From the NCBI RefSeq assembly GCF_009914755.1, contig NC_060933.1: 64,000 bases of DNA; one strand, written 5' to 3'. The notes beneath the pieces were generated by a model. That model saw nothing but the letters and a program-made list of their open reading frames with translations, was not told the origin of the DNA and made no database searches. Shown here in pieces: positions 25,402 through 39,232 of the stretch; the stretch's first letter is position 1; each line of letters begins with the position of its first letter. This stretch comes from the human T2T-CHM13v2.0 reference genome, Homo sapiens. The position numbers and the translations under genes are program-made.

Positions 25402-26239
25402 CTGAAATAAAAAATAAACATCACAGTTAAATTGAAAACTGAAATACAGACTATTATCCTACTACCGCTGCTCTCCCCACCATCCTCAACCACACCGCCA
25501 TCAAGACATACATTTTTACAATGCACTATGGGATTACAAAATTAGAAAAGCATCTTTTACTTTTGAGGGTAGTTTAAAGGGGAAGGACATAACTTTCTGG
25601 TTAAGTTATCTATTAGTGCTTTTATTGCTGAAATCTGTATTAAGGTAGAGATCCAATAACATCCGAAAAGCAACATCACACATTAATTTTTATTACCAGT
25701 ATATAAAAAAATCCAATTTGTCCTCTAACAAAATGAGCTCATCAATCAAAGTGGGTAAAATTTTAGCGCTTGCTTTGATGCCACTATCAGGACACTGCCA
25801 GAAAGCAGCATTGCCACTGCTGAGCTATTAAAATTAGTGACATTTAAGAGAAATGCTAGGAAATTTTAAAGAGACAAGAAATATCGCCCTGAATTAGAAG
25901 GTTTCGCAAGAAATAGAAATAGGGGAAAATGGTAAAGTGACTCTCTAACCCAGATATTGTAAGCTGTCTTACTTGAAACTTAGCTCCACAATTTGCATAA
26001 AAGAAGATGAGTCAAGAAGCCTCCAAAGTCATAGTAAAGCAAAGAATATTTTTTATACAAAGATGTAGACTTAAAGATTACTAAGGCTAGCAAGATAGAC
26101 ATTGGAAGCTTGTTCAACATCCTCCATCTCCTTTAAATGTTCCTAACATTCTTCCTCCTTCTTTAAAAAACTTACTTATTTTTCATCTTGTATTTCAAGA
26201 TCTAGATAGCTATCATACAAGAATGATATAAAATGTAAA

Positions 26240-26560
26240 TGAATACTTATGCACAAAGATATTCATCATATCATTTGTTTGGCAAAAGAGTATAAGTAGT
26301 TGAAACATTAAACAGTATGGGATTTCTGTCACAGTGAAATAAAATATGGCATGAAGATGGAACATCATACAAGTAGTTAAGTGTTATAAAATCTGTATCA
26401 TACCACATGAGAAATGCTTATGATGCAATAATAAGCCACAAAAGCATACTACAGAGTTATATGTGGGGATAGCAGATAATGAAAAATGCACACACACACA
26501 AAGATTGAACAAAGTAAATAAAACACTAATAATGGTGTTCAGGAGGAGGCATTTTAATTA
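26240..26560 (+). mobile_element. Old L1 (L1ME-like) 3' fragment
   Basis: gcacaaagatattcatc...atggaacatcatac...catgagaaatgcttatgatgcaata...aaaagcatactacaga. Confidence 0.55.
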
Positions 26561-27380
26561 TTTCTCCGACTGCTTTCCATCTTTTACACTTCCTTGAGTT
26601 TTTACAATTATGTTCTGGCTGAAAATGTTTTAAAGCCCCAAAACATTTTGCTGTTCCTTCTTTTTTTTTTTTTTTTTTAATTTCTAATCCCTGTTACAGA
26701 TTTTCTCTTCTCTCCTACTGTGTTCTACTTACATGTCATTGAAAAGTGGTTTTAAATAACCATAGCTAAAATTGATTTTGAAAACAATCCTTGGATTATA
26801 AAAAAGAAAAAAGTCATAACAAAGTTTGTTCTTCTTGGTTCATCACCAGTATCTTCTCTGTATTGATTTCATGTTTCCCACATGGTGTTCCCATTAACTT
26901 GATGGTGTGTTCTGACTCTGTTTGGTTTTCTTGGAGTCAAGGAAGCCGGATTCCTATCTAAGCTCCACCAATACATATATGGATAATCTTGGAGGAAAAA
27001 AAATCATGTAACTTTACCATTTCTTGGTATGACATATGAAATACATTAATTTACAAAAATTGCAAAACTATGACATATGAAATAAATTAATTTGCAGAAA
27101 TTGCTTCCAGTTTCAAGGTTTCCTAGCTTTATATATTATTTCCAAAGGAGGGAAGTTCAGAAGAGGCATATTTGCAATGCTGGTCCTGGAGAATGAATTA
27201 CCACCTCATCAGCAAATTCAACTTGTTGGTGATCCTGGAACTGCGGGCCTGCTTATGTTCAAAAATATTAAGAAAGCAAAACAGCCTCTAACAACCCTGC
27301 TAGAGATCATAACCTGTAGCATCTCAGTGTAGCAATACAGACTAGATGATTACTAGGAGCTGTGGGAAGTACTTAAAATA

Positions 27381-27697
<317 letters not shown>

Positions 27698-28488
27698 TCA
27701 AAATAATTTAAAATTGACTAACAGTGAGAGGATTACAAAACACTGTACATTGATGTCACTTTTCTGGAAACAAATGAAAAATATATTACAAGTTTTTATA
27801 TTTATCTTTCTGCTGTTTCAAACAATGCAAATTGATAATAACTACTTGCTTGTCAGTAACCAATGGAAAAATTATAATTATGCAATTAAAATTTCTAGGG
27901 AATTTCCCTAGAAACACAAAATAGATTGCTGTATTAAATGGTACAATACTGTCATTTTTAGCTACCTTCCTTTTCTTGTCCATAGCCTAAAAACTGTCAA
28001 CCGGGAAGGAAAATACATTGTAAGAGCCCAGCTTCCCATTTAAGTTCTGTTCTGAAATTTCTTGCAAGAACATGTGAATACATTGAAGGGCTGTTGCATA
28101 AAATGAGTGTGCACTATATTAGAAATTAAAGAAAACTAGAAGTAGGATACCCTTTTCCCTGCATCTGGATATTTTTTAAGGGATACCGTTGCATTTCTTA
28201 ACCCAAAGAATGAAGAAGAGTTGGCAATTCTGACAATCTGCAACTAGGCAATGGATGCTTGGGTAAGTGCTTCATCTGTCCTGTTGCCATGTAAGGACCT
28301 AAATTAGAAAGCTCATCTGGAAATAACTGGTGGGTGAGGACAAGTCAAATTAAACATAGAAATCTTATTTCTAAATGGAGTGCAGAGAGACAAAATTCCC
28401 ATACACTTGGAGAATAGGTATGAGTGCCATTTCGATGTTTTCCAGGTATGTGTCTCATTTATCTTTATTTTCTGGTCAGGCATTGAAG

Positions 28489-28785
28489 TTTTTTGTTTGT
28501 TTTTTGAGACAGGGTCTTGGTCTGTCATTCAGGCTTCAGTGCAGTGGCACGATCAAAGCTAACTGCAGCCTCAACCTCCCAGGCTCAGTCAGTCCTCCCA
28601 CCTTAGCATCCAGAGTGGCTGGGAGCACAACCACACACCACCATGCCTGGGTAATGTTTTTATTATTTGTAGACATGGGGTCTCCCTATGTTGTTCAGCA
28701 TGTCTTGAACTCCAGGGCTCAAGGATCCTCCCGCCTCAGCCTTACAAAGTGCTGGAATTACAAGTGTGAGCCATCACGACACGCA
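28489..28785 (-). mobile_element. AluJ
   Basis: gagacagggtctt...actgcagcctcaacctcccaggctc...gggctcaaggatcctcccgcctcagcc...gtgagcca; gaagttttt on both flanks. Confidence 0.92.
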
Positions 28786-28827
28786 GAGAAGTTTTTGTGT
28801 AATATTGACAAGTATAAAAATATGCCA

Positions 28828-28937
28828 CCCAGGAGGCAGAGGTTGCAGTGAGCCGAGATCACGCCACTGCACTACAACCTGGGTGACAAGAGTGAAACTC
28901 CATCTCAAAAATAAAAAATTTAAAGAAAAGAAAAAGA
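28828..28937 (+). mobile_element. 5'-truncated AluS (3' ~80 bp of right arm plus tail)
   Basis: cccaggaggcagaggttgcagtgagccgagatc...gacaagagtgaaactccatctc plus A-rich tail. Confidence 0.9.
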
Positions 28938-31899
28938 AATGACCATTGGATGCTACTGTAGGATTTTATTTCTGGAGACCAAGTCATGGAATGAAATTAA
29001 CCTATTGAACTGTGGTAAACTTATTAAAATAACCAGTTAGAATCTATTTTAGGACCTGGAACTATTTTTCTAAATCCTACCACTGTATTGATGTGATATT
29101 CTTAAAAAACAAAAAAACAAAAAAAAAAAAAACAAAAAAACCTAAAAGGGCTCTTAAATTTATTCTTTGAAAACAAGAAAATAAAATTGATCACACTACA
29201 GTTAAATAATTTCAGGGGCTTTTACAGAGAAATTCTGTAAAAAAAAAAAAAAAATACATATATATATATGAAAGACATCGGCCTCACTGACAAGAAAATC
29301 ATGACTTTCCTATGGGACCCAATGTCAATTTTTCTAGATTCGCCCACAAGATCCGAACTACAAAAAGGATATATGTCATCATCCTATGATACAAAGTAAG
29401 ACTCAAGATAATATAGTAAAATCCTTTCACTAAGCATGGGTGGTGCATATATAATCATTTTTGCTGGTCAAACTCTCAGATGGTGTCTGTCAATGCTAGG
29501 CAGCCAGCCAAAGGAAAGATATGAGGTAGAGAGAAGACTAAACTTAATAACCCCAACAAATGCTTGAGGCAAGTAAAAATCTTTATTCTCAGAGGGATAT
29601 AACAACACACATCACCCACTTCCCTTCTCCATATCTCAGTTTAATAAAAGGAACATGATGAATCGTCTGCCTTATTTTGTCATAGATATTGTCCAAATTT
29701 AAGCCATGCTCTGAAGATGGGAAGAAAGGGAAGAGAATTCAAGTAAAGCATAAAACAAGGGTATCTACTAAAAAGTCACAACATAGGACAGACTAAGATT
29801 TGAATCGTGAAAATCTCCGTTTTTATCCCATGAGATACAACCATCAGTATTATAGTTAGTGTACAAAAAAAAGAAATATCAAGGTATAAAGATGGGGAGA
29901 AAGGCATTAGAACTTTCCAGTCACCATTATTTAGAGAGGCATCCTTCCATTACTGCTGTAGCTAATCACCATTGCCATCTACCTGAAGCTGCCAATGCTG
30001 TACTTTGCAAAATGCATTTGTGCTCAAGTTGGTTTTGACAAGTGAGGAGTATGATCTTTTATTAAACTAATGCCAGGTACTGCACAGGTCAAATTACTGG
30101 TCAACCCAGAAAGTCTATTTTCTAAATGGAAAGTAGAGAAGCTACGCATGCATATGCGTCACAACAGAGACATGGCCGATATTCTAGAATGTGTCTGCCA
30201 GGCTCGCTTGCCATTTTCAAAGACTGTACATTCTCAGGATGCATTCACAACACAGGCCATAGCTCCTGGAATTTAGTAGATTATTATTTGCTACACAGCT
30301 CAAGAGAAGCCACAAACTGCGCACTGATTTTTGCTTTTAAGAAGTTAGATTGTTTCTTAAAGTCTAACCAATGCACAGTATCTTTGAACCTAATGGGTCT
30401 AATATTTGGATGCCATATCATGTTTCAAGTTGCTAGGCACTCTGAAGACAAGGTGATGAGCTCAATGTGCACTTATAGCTATTAAATGTAGGTGAGAGAA
30501 CCAACCAAGACCAGCAAACTGCTTTTGTCTGTCCTTAACAAACTGCCGTACTGAGGACAAAATCCTCCCTTTCGTACACTATACTAAGTAGTGCTAGACA
30601 TAAATCGGGGAGAGCCATTGAAGTCCACCAGTAACATCCACAGATGAATGCAATTTATGAGAAATTCCTAAAGGTTAAGTAGATAACTTAGAGTTGAGGT
30701 ATATGATTGGCCAACTGACTTAAAACAGATTCATAGAAAGGATCACATGCTACAAAAGTGAAGAGACAAAATGAGGGTGCCATTTATCTAATTTAATTCT
30801 AATTAATAAGCTGTTTCTTGTGGACATCAAGAAAATATGTGGCATGGGGAACAAAACTAACAGCATGTAACGAATTGGCTTTGTTTCTTTTAACTGATTA
30901 ACATTTCCTTAAATACAGAGTTTTGTTTTTAAAGGGCTGTTTGTCATAACAATGTACTTAAAATTTTTAAAGGGGAAGGTGAATATTGCTGTTAAATGAG
31001 ACAGGGAGAGAATGTTCAGTGGGAACATGCAGGTACCCCTGTCTTTAGCAATCTGCTTCCTCCTTAAAAAGTGCCTGTAGAATTTATGAGAAGATCAGCT
31101 GAAGTCATCTCTGATCTTTCTTTCTCTGTAAGCGTCAGGATGAGAGCTCTGAAGGAGAGCTCAGGAACAGGGCCTTTGGGGTCTGGTGGGAAATGCAGTG
31201 CATAGCAGAAGAGTGAGGGGTGGTTCCAAGGGTAGTAGCCTGGTCTGAAGGTTTGAGGGGAATGAGTTACCATGGGACTTTACATTCCCTTCCAGCCACA
31301 GCACATCCTATTGACACTTTCGCAAACATGGGGCATCCAGAGTTTGTGTGGATGATAGGTTTTTGTTATAATTAGCTTCATTTTCACTGGGACAAGGGTA
31401 GTGACAGACAACCTGCCCAAGTCAACAGCACAACTATACCAACACATGACGAAAGGGAGGGAGGTCCCAAAGTTGATGTATCATTGCTTAGGAGGGCAAA
31501 AGCATGGCACAGATACCACCTGGGGTAGCTTCCATAGCAGAGGTTCTACATGAACCAGGGCCTGTGGGGACAGTGAATCTGTCACATGAAATTTGAACAG
31601 GGTCACCTGTTGACATCTGTGGTCAGGATAGATCTTCAAAATCAAACAGACTTTCAAAAAAATTGTTTATGGTATTTCTTTTTAAATACAGCTCCCAAAA
31701 CCACCTGTTAGTTTTAAAATTTGATTTAAGAAGCATTATACTTTAGAATGGAATAAAGAAATAACTGCTCCTTGAGTTCCATGCACTAGACTAAATGTTT
31801 AATATATCTTATATATGGTGTTTTCAAAGAGTCTTGCAAGATGTTATCATTACTCCTATTTTATAGATTTATAGAAAGCTTTTTAGTAATATAGGTATT

Positions 31900-31958
31900 A
31901 GGAAGGGAGGGAGGGAAGGAAGGAAGGAAGGCAGGAAGAAAGAAAGGAAGGAAGGAAA
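31900..31958. repeat. (GGAA)n-type purine microsatellite
   Basis: ggaagggagggagggaaggaaggaaggaaggcaggaagaaagaaaggaaggaagg. Confidence 0.9.
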
Positions 31959-32034
31959 ATATATGAAAAGACAGTAAGGAGGAGTCACTGAGGTTATGAG
32001 TGAGAGAACTTCTGATCTAATTGTGAACCCCTCA

Positions 32035-33557
32035 TGATGGCAGCAGCAGCAGGCCATGTGGAGCGGCCACTGCCCTCACACTGGCTGCAGATGGGCTGCC
32101 TCAGGGACGCAGGGCATAGGGGAAGCGGGGAATAGGGGACCCACCACCACCACTGCTGCCTCTGCAGCCACTCCTGCCACCACTGCTCGCAGCTCTGATC
32201 TCAGAGCAGAGTTGAGGCCGAGCCTAGGTGCTGTCAGCCTGACTGAGTGTGCACATGTTGGGGCAGCACTGAGACACCAGCCCCTTGCTGCCTCAGCACC
32301 CCCAGACTTTAGGTACTGACCAGGGTGGAAGGGAAGCCAAGTGGGGAGCTGAGGGCAACTCAGGGCCTGCAGATGCCCCTTGGCGTGAGCAGCCTGGGTG
32401 CCACAGTTGGTGGCAGGAGGCAGACAGGCTCCTGGGCAGAAGGGGATGGATCCGGTGAGGTCCCACCTTCAGGCCAGGGAGGGCCTGAAGTCTGAGTGCT
32501 GGGCTGTCAGCCCCACAGACCATAGTGGGAACTGGTGGTGCCTTTTCTGGGACCGCCCATGGCTGTCCATGGACCAGCTGGCATGCACTTCATCCCCTCT
32601 GAGGCCCATAAAAGTTCCAGGCTCAGCCACAGCAAAGCAGATGGGACAACCAGCTGCAAAAAGGCACGACTCTCTCTGTTGTTAGCTGAACACCTGCTGG
32701 GATGACCAGCTGCAGAGAGGAGCTACCCTCTCTGATGAGAACTGAGGACTTGCTTAACAGAGAGGAGCTACCCTCTCTGCTGGGAGGTGAACACTCCGGA
32801 CGACCTGCCTAACAGAGAGGAGCTACCCTCTCTGACAGGAGCTGAACATTCATCAGGACACCCTGAGACGGAGAGAAGATGCCCACTATGGGTCTCCTCT
32901 GAGCTTTCCTATTGCTCAATAAAGCTCTTCTTCGTCTTGCTCATCCTCCACTTGTCTGCATACCTCATTCTTCCTGGTCACAGGACAAGAACTCAGGACC
33001 AGCCAACTGGCAAGGCTAAAAGAGCTGTAACACAAACAGGGCTGAAACATGCCCCTTGCTCACCACGTTGCAGATGAAGAGAAGGAGAGAAGGGCTGTGG
33101 CCCTTTGAGGACCCCAGACCTGGGAGCTCCCCAAGCCAGGGCTGTGACTCACTCTTTGGGGCCTAGTGGTTCCTGTTGTTTCCAAGTTTCCAGGTGCCAC
33201 TGCATTCACCAGTGCCAGCCAGGGAAGCTGCTGTGGTGCTCCTGGTCCAACCGCTGCCTCACGGAGAACTGGCAGCCATACTAGCACCCGGAACCGCCCA
33301 CCCCGTGGCAGCGGCCAACATGTCTGACTGTGCAGTGACCAAACCCCACGTTCACTCACACACCCCTTGCCATTCCATGCCTGACTCGCAGTCTCCCTTG
33401 AAGACATGGGATCCAGGCCGGTAGTGTGAGCTGAGTGCAGCCTGCCAGGCCAGGTGGGCAGAACAAGACCAACGGGCCTGAGCAAAACTTGGATAAAGGT
33501 GCCACTGGCCACAGAGGTTTCTGGCCAGGAAAATAACACCCCAAAGATCTTGTAACA
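32035..33557 (+). mobile_element. MER52-type (ERV1) solo LTR, 1523 bp, antisense to PTPRD
   Basis: TG...CA termini (tgatggcagc...tgtaaca), 4-bp TSD ctca/ctaa, TATA-like cataaaa 32607-32613, AATAAA 32918-32923, characteristic agagaggagctaccctctctg repeats; GC-rich island in AT-rich intron. Confidence 0.88.
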
Positions 33558-34569
33558 CTAATATTTTCACTGTGCCAAATTACAAGCTAGAAAATTATAA
33601 AGATTGCACAGATAATATATCGCAATTTATTAAATATTTTGAAATATCTTTTATGTAACTATAAAATGTATACTGATTGTCTTCTCAAGGGATTGGCACG
33701 TACTTTGTGCCATACTACAGCAATTATTTTTCACTAGCTAAGTGAGAAACTTCACCCAGAATATGCTGTATTTAAAAGTTCTCTTAAAGTGTAACATCAT
33801 CCCAGGATCCAATTGAAATCAGAGATTACGATGTCTGACCAAGAGACAAAAATCAATGTCAGAAAATTCATAAACAAATCACCCAAATTCCAAGTTTAGC
33901 ATGGTAGGCTACTTTGGTATTATTTTACTTATACATTCCATTTGCTCATGATTTAAAAAGACAAATACCTCAATACAGTTCTTGACACTGATTAACTCTC
34001 TTCCATTTCAAGACACTTCAATGACATATTTCTATGCATGTCTATACCATTAATTTTATTTAGGCCTCAACTCTCAATTCCTTTAGAATGAGTATTAAAG
34101 CATTTCCCATTTGGTAGATAGATATCTATGCCTCTGTATGACTACCAATATCTAATTTTTCAAAGGGCTGATAGGCACACTGACAGACAGGAACAGAAAA
34201 GGAGAGAGAAGAAGAAAGGGAAGGAAGAAATGAAGAGAGGAAGAAAAGATTTAATTTAGTGAAAAGATTATCTCCCACTTGCACTTTCTATCAATGTTAG
34301 GTTATTATTTCTAACTGCTTGAAAGATTACCTTCCAGCATCTCAAAATTGTTGTGTTGAAAACATACCATGTCATTTGCCTTCCCAGTCCTTCTCCTCTT
34401 ACTGAGTGTTCATTTCTGTTTTTGGCATATTCACTCTCCCATATACCCCACCTAACAGCCTCAGCCTCCTCTTCTGCCTTCTCCTTTGCCCACAATACCA
34501 ATTATTAAGTTCTACTGATTTATCACTAATATGTCTTATCCCTCTTTTTTGTACCCAAAAACAATGGCC

Positions 34570-34749
34570 ATGGTTCACTCCTAAACTGGACATTAGAATC
34601 ACCTGGGAGTCCTAAAAGAAAAAAAAAAAAAATGAAAGCTACAGGTGCCTGAACCCCACCCTAAATCAATTAAAACAGAAAACAGTGCATGGGACTGGGT
34701 AATTAATTTACAGAAAATTCCAACATGCAACCAGGATTGAGAATTACTG
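34570..34749. mobile_element. MER5-type hAT-Charlie MITE
   Basis: cattagaatcacctgggag...gtgcctgaaccccaccc...aattaaaacagaa...atgcaaccaggattgagaattactg. Confidence 0.75.
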
Positions 34750-35410
34750 AATGATGCCATGATATCCATAGCTTCCCATCTGGTCACTCTCACTTCAGGT
34801 GCTTCATCTCGACAATCAATATTACACTTTACTATGGATCCTTCTTTTGTTTTCCCTTTTCGTTCTTTGAGTTTTGTTTTCTAACGCATCTGTGACTACA
34901 GCTCTTTTCCGCTCAAAAAATAATAAACCAACTTTAATAGCTTACTCCTGCAAACTAACACCAGAAATACTGTTTGGCCTTTAAGATATTTCAGAGCTGC
35001 TGTCAATCTATTTTCCCAAATACATTTCCACCATTGCCCACGGAGAACCTAAAATTCTCTCATCTCGATGCCTCAGTACAGGCTGTTCCCTCATGTAAAA
35101 TGCCTTCTTTCCCACTTTTGAATTTACAGAATTTACCCACATTTTTCAATTCTAAATTAAGTCCTTGGAAGCCTTCTTTGATCTTCCCCATCTAGATGAA
35201 ATGTACCATCCTTTCGACTCCCCTATCACGCTTTCTGTATCTTTTATGAATCACAATAGTCTATATTTCATTATAGTTATTTTAAGCACATGTGTTTTCT
35301 CCCCTTTCACATTCATAGAACCTTGAGAAAATTATACATGCCCCTGGTCATCTATGAAGTCTTATAACTCCCAACCATACCCAGCACATAGTTTCAATGC
35401 ATACATGAGC
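34750..35410 (+). mobile_element. L2 3' region (degenerate)
   Basis: gctgttccctcatgtaaaatgccttc...gaagccttctttgatcttcccc...cccagcacatag. Confidence 0.55.
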
Positions 35411-35809
35411 TTGGTAAAGGCTGTCCCAGATACTATCCCCTAATCCTGGACTATACACTTTTGAGTATTTAGGACGGATAATAATATCGTAAATGTGATC
35501 TTTGCACCTCTATTACACGTATATTTGTTTATAGTTTGGCGAATTAGCTATGGAATACAAAGTCTATGTGACATACCTTGCCACTGCAATACATTGATAT
35601 GACATAGTGAGAGACGAATAGATCCATGCGAAGCCCTAAGCTGGCAAATGTAGCACAGCCAGATTACAGATTCATGTGTATCATCATAGGACTGAAGTTT
35701 AGATGAAGCATAATATAACGTGATGAGTCTTTTCTCTTTTATGAATATCATTCCACCTCATTGTCATCACAGAGCTCTCTTCCCCTCTACCACCTTTTGT
35801 GTTTTTAAT

Positions 35810-36360
35810 TTTTAAGTAAAATGACTTTACTCTTCTAATTGTACGTATTTATTATAAATTAGAAAATGTACATGAGTTGAAAGGAGATATTCTAATGGTG
35901 ATCACCTTGATGAATAACTTTTAAGAATTTTCCATGCTTATTTTACATATTTTTTAACAAGAAAGAGGTTATATCGTACCATTATTTTGTAACCAACGTT
36001 TCATTTAGAATATACTGTGAATATCTTTTATGACCACAAATAAATTCATCATGTTTATATTATAAAGAGTAAAGATTACATTTAAATTTATTGTTAAACA
36101 TTTAGGTTGTTTCTGCTATTTCAATCAGAAAAAGACTTCAAAACTTTTTTGTAATCATATCTTTGCACATATATGTAATTCCTATATGTGAATTACTCCT
36201 ACATGTAAAATTACTGAATTCAAAAAAGTATATTTTTAAGGCTTTTGATATATTTAACAAATTATACTTTTAAAATAATTCATATATTCATAGCAGCAAT
36301 GTGTCAGAATGTCCAATTACCTAGACCACTGCTAAAGCTATAACTTAATACTTTATCATT
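35810..36360 (-). mobile_element. Old L1 (L1ME-like) fragment
   Basis: aaacatttaggttgtttc...catatctttgcacatat...tatttttaaggcttttgatata...cagcaatgtgtcagaatgtcc. Confidence 0.65.
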
Positions 36361-38461
36361 GGCCATATTTTTATCCACTGTCCAAAATAATGAATTGCAA
36401 ACATTTGGCACAATGTCTACATACAAACTAAGCAACCAGTAAATGTTCGTAGACCATTAGCACAGCTGACCAACCTTCTAGCTCTCGCATCATACCCATT
36501 CCTCCATTCCAGTTGCCACCATGGGACTTCCCTGCCAGTTGCCTTCAACATCTCTGATCTCACCTGGGATTATTTCACATTCCAGAACAGCATGCAATCC
36601 CAGCTTCTGCTATTCACAACACAAGCACACGCATTACAACAGGACAATACACATGCATGAAGACCATAACGTGGGTCAGAGCAGAAAAGTGGAAATGGTA
36701 TGTTCCAATGTTTGAGGGAAATTTGTCATAATTCAAGGTATAATAATACCTGGATCATAAACACGTGTTTTACAGCAACGAAAACTGTATGATCTCACCA
36801 TCATAACTTTTTATTTAATAAACAGTCATGGGATATTATGACAAAAACAATCACCTACATTCTGTGTGCCCGGGCAATAAAACTTCCTGAACTATTGATG
36901 TGCTTAGTAAGGCTGGCCATTCTGTTTTGGTGTAAGACACTCAAAATAACCACTGGTTTAGTGACATAAATTTCAAGAAGATGGCCTAAGTGGTTTTGAA
37001 TCACTCATAGACAAAATCTGTGAAGTCATTCTTACCATTCCTTATGCCATAGTCATGCATTCTTAATGAAAACATGTTATCAGCAACACCATTTAGACAT
37101 TCACTTAACATCTTCCACATTAAGCCTCTAGATTTGCTTACTACCTATTTATGCATTCAAAATACTCAGACTGTGCATCCGTTTTGTTCAATAGAGTGAT
37201 AAAAGGCCCTTATACTGAAACAGATGAGAAAGTTATGCATTACATACAATCTCCCAGGCTCATTCAGCAGAGATGTAGGCAAATGACACAATGCTTATCA
37301 GCTTTTTTCATATTTCCTTTAAGTGGTAACATACTCAGGAAGCCATTTAATATAGACACACTATTTGACCAAAAAGAACCTCTACCAATGCTTTAGCATC
37401 TTTTTGTAGAGTTAGTTTTCAAAGCAGATTCATTTACATCATCCACTGCTAATTTACTCATTAATCATAATTTATCACATTAGATGTGCTGATCATCATT
37501 AAAAATAATCATTTATTCTCTATTCTAACCTGCTGCTTATCATGTACCTGCAAATTGGGTCACACAGGAAAGGTAACTGGCTTATTTGAAAAGGAACATG
37601 AGAGCGGATAAAACTGAAGTGGGAAAGAAAGAGAAAAATAAAGAACAATGCCATCTTTCCCAATTTTATGTTGCCAAACTCCAGAATATCCTGCCACTTC
37701 TTCTATACAATATTTCCAGTGTATCAACTACATGAATTTTTAAGAGGAACTAGTGTGATGAACTGTACTAGCTTCACTTTAGAAACAGTAGTAAACCAGT
37801 TCCACAAAGAGAAGATCTGCTGGTGTCACTGTATGAGCTGAAAGGCTTTGAGCCAATATGAATTTTTGTAACGCTTGCCTTCCAACCAAAGTGAGTTATT
37901 ACCACAACTTACAAAAACATAGACCATTTCTTTTAAGATAGATCCATCTTACAGGATAAGCTGACCACAACTTCTCATCTATCAATTGCACACTGGTTAA
38001 GTTGGCAAGATACTTTGGGAAGTGAAAGTAGCTACTATATCCCCAAAGTAGCTATAACACAGAAGGGAGACGTGTGTGTACACATGCAGACACTTTCAAT
38101 GAGTAATAAAACAGATTTAAAATGATGTTTGATTGTATTTACTGGAGAAATGTAGAAGTGTATTATAAGAAATCTTTGTAAACAAAAAAACATTTTTATA
38201 GATACACAATTTTGATACATAACAAAAATGTTTCATGTAGCACAAAATACAATGGAAAGTGATTTGCCTGAGTTTTTATTACAAAGATTAATTATAGAAT
38301 AGAGTTTTACAATACATATTTCCTAAGGAAAGTCTATAATTAATATTAACTTCTAAATATTATGACTTTTAAAATATTAGATGATTCCAATGATAAGATG
38401 CTTAAATATTTGGCTATTTAAAAATATTTTCTTGGTACGCAACATTTTACTTTAAGGGCTA

Positions 38462-39232
<771 letters not shown>

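Noticed and set aside
30145-30160. Alternating purine-pyrimidine near-palindrome acgcatgcatatgcgt
   Set aside because: Too short (6-bp stem) to distinguish from chance.
32713-32834. Palindromic 22-bp repeats with spacers, CRISPR-like
   Set aside because: Only three copies, unequal and mutually similar spacers, inside an ERV1 LTR. Kept only as an LTR hairpin finding.
32056-33570. Cluster of 60-160 aa ORFs
   Set aside because: By-product of high GC in the MER52 LTR; no gag/pol/env motifs.
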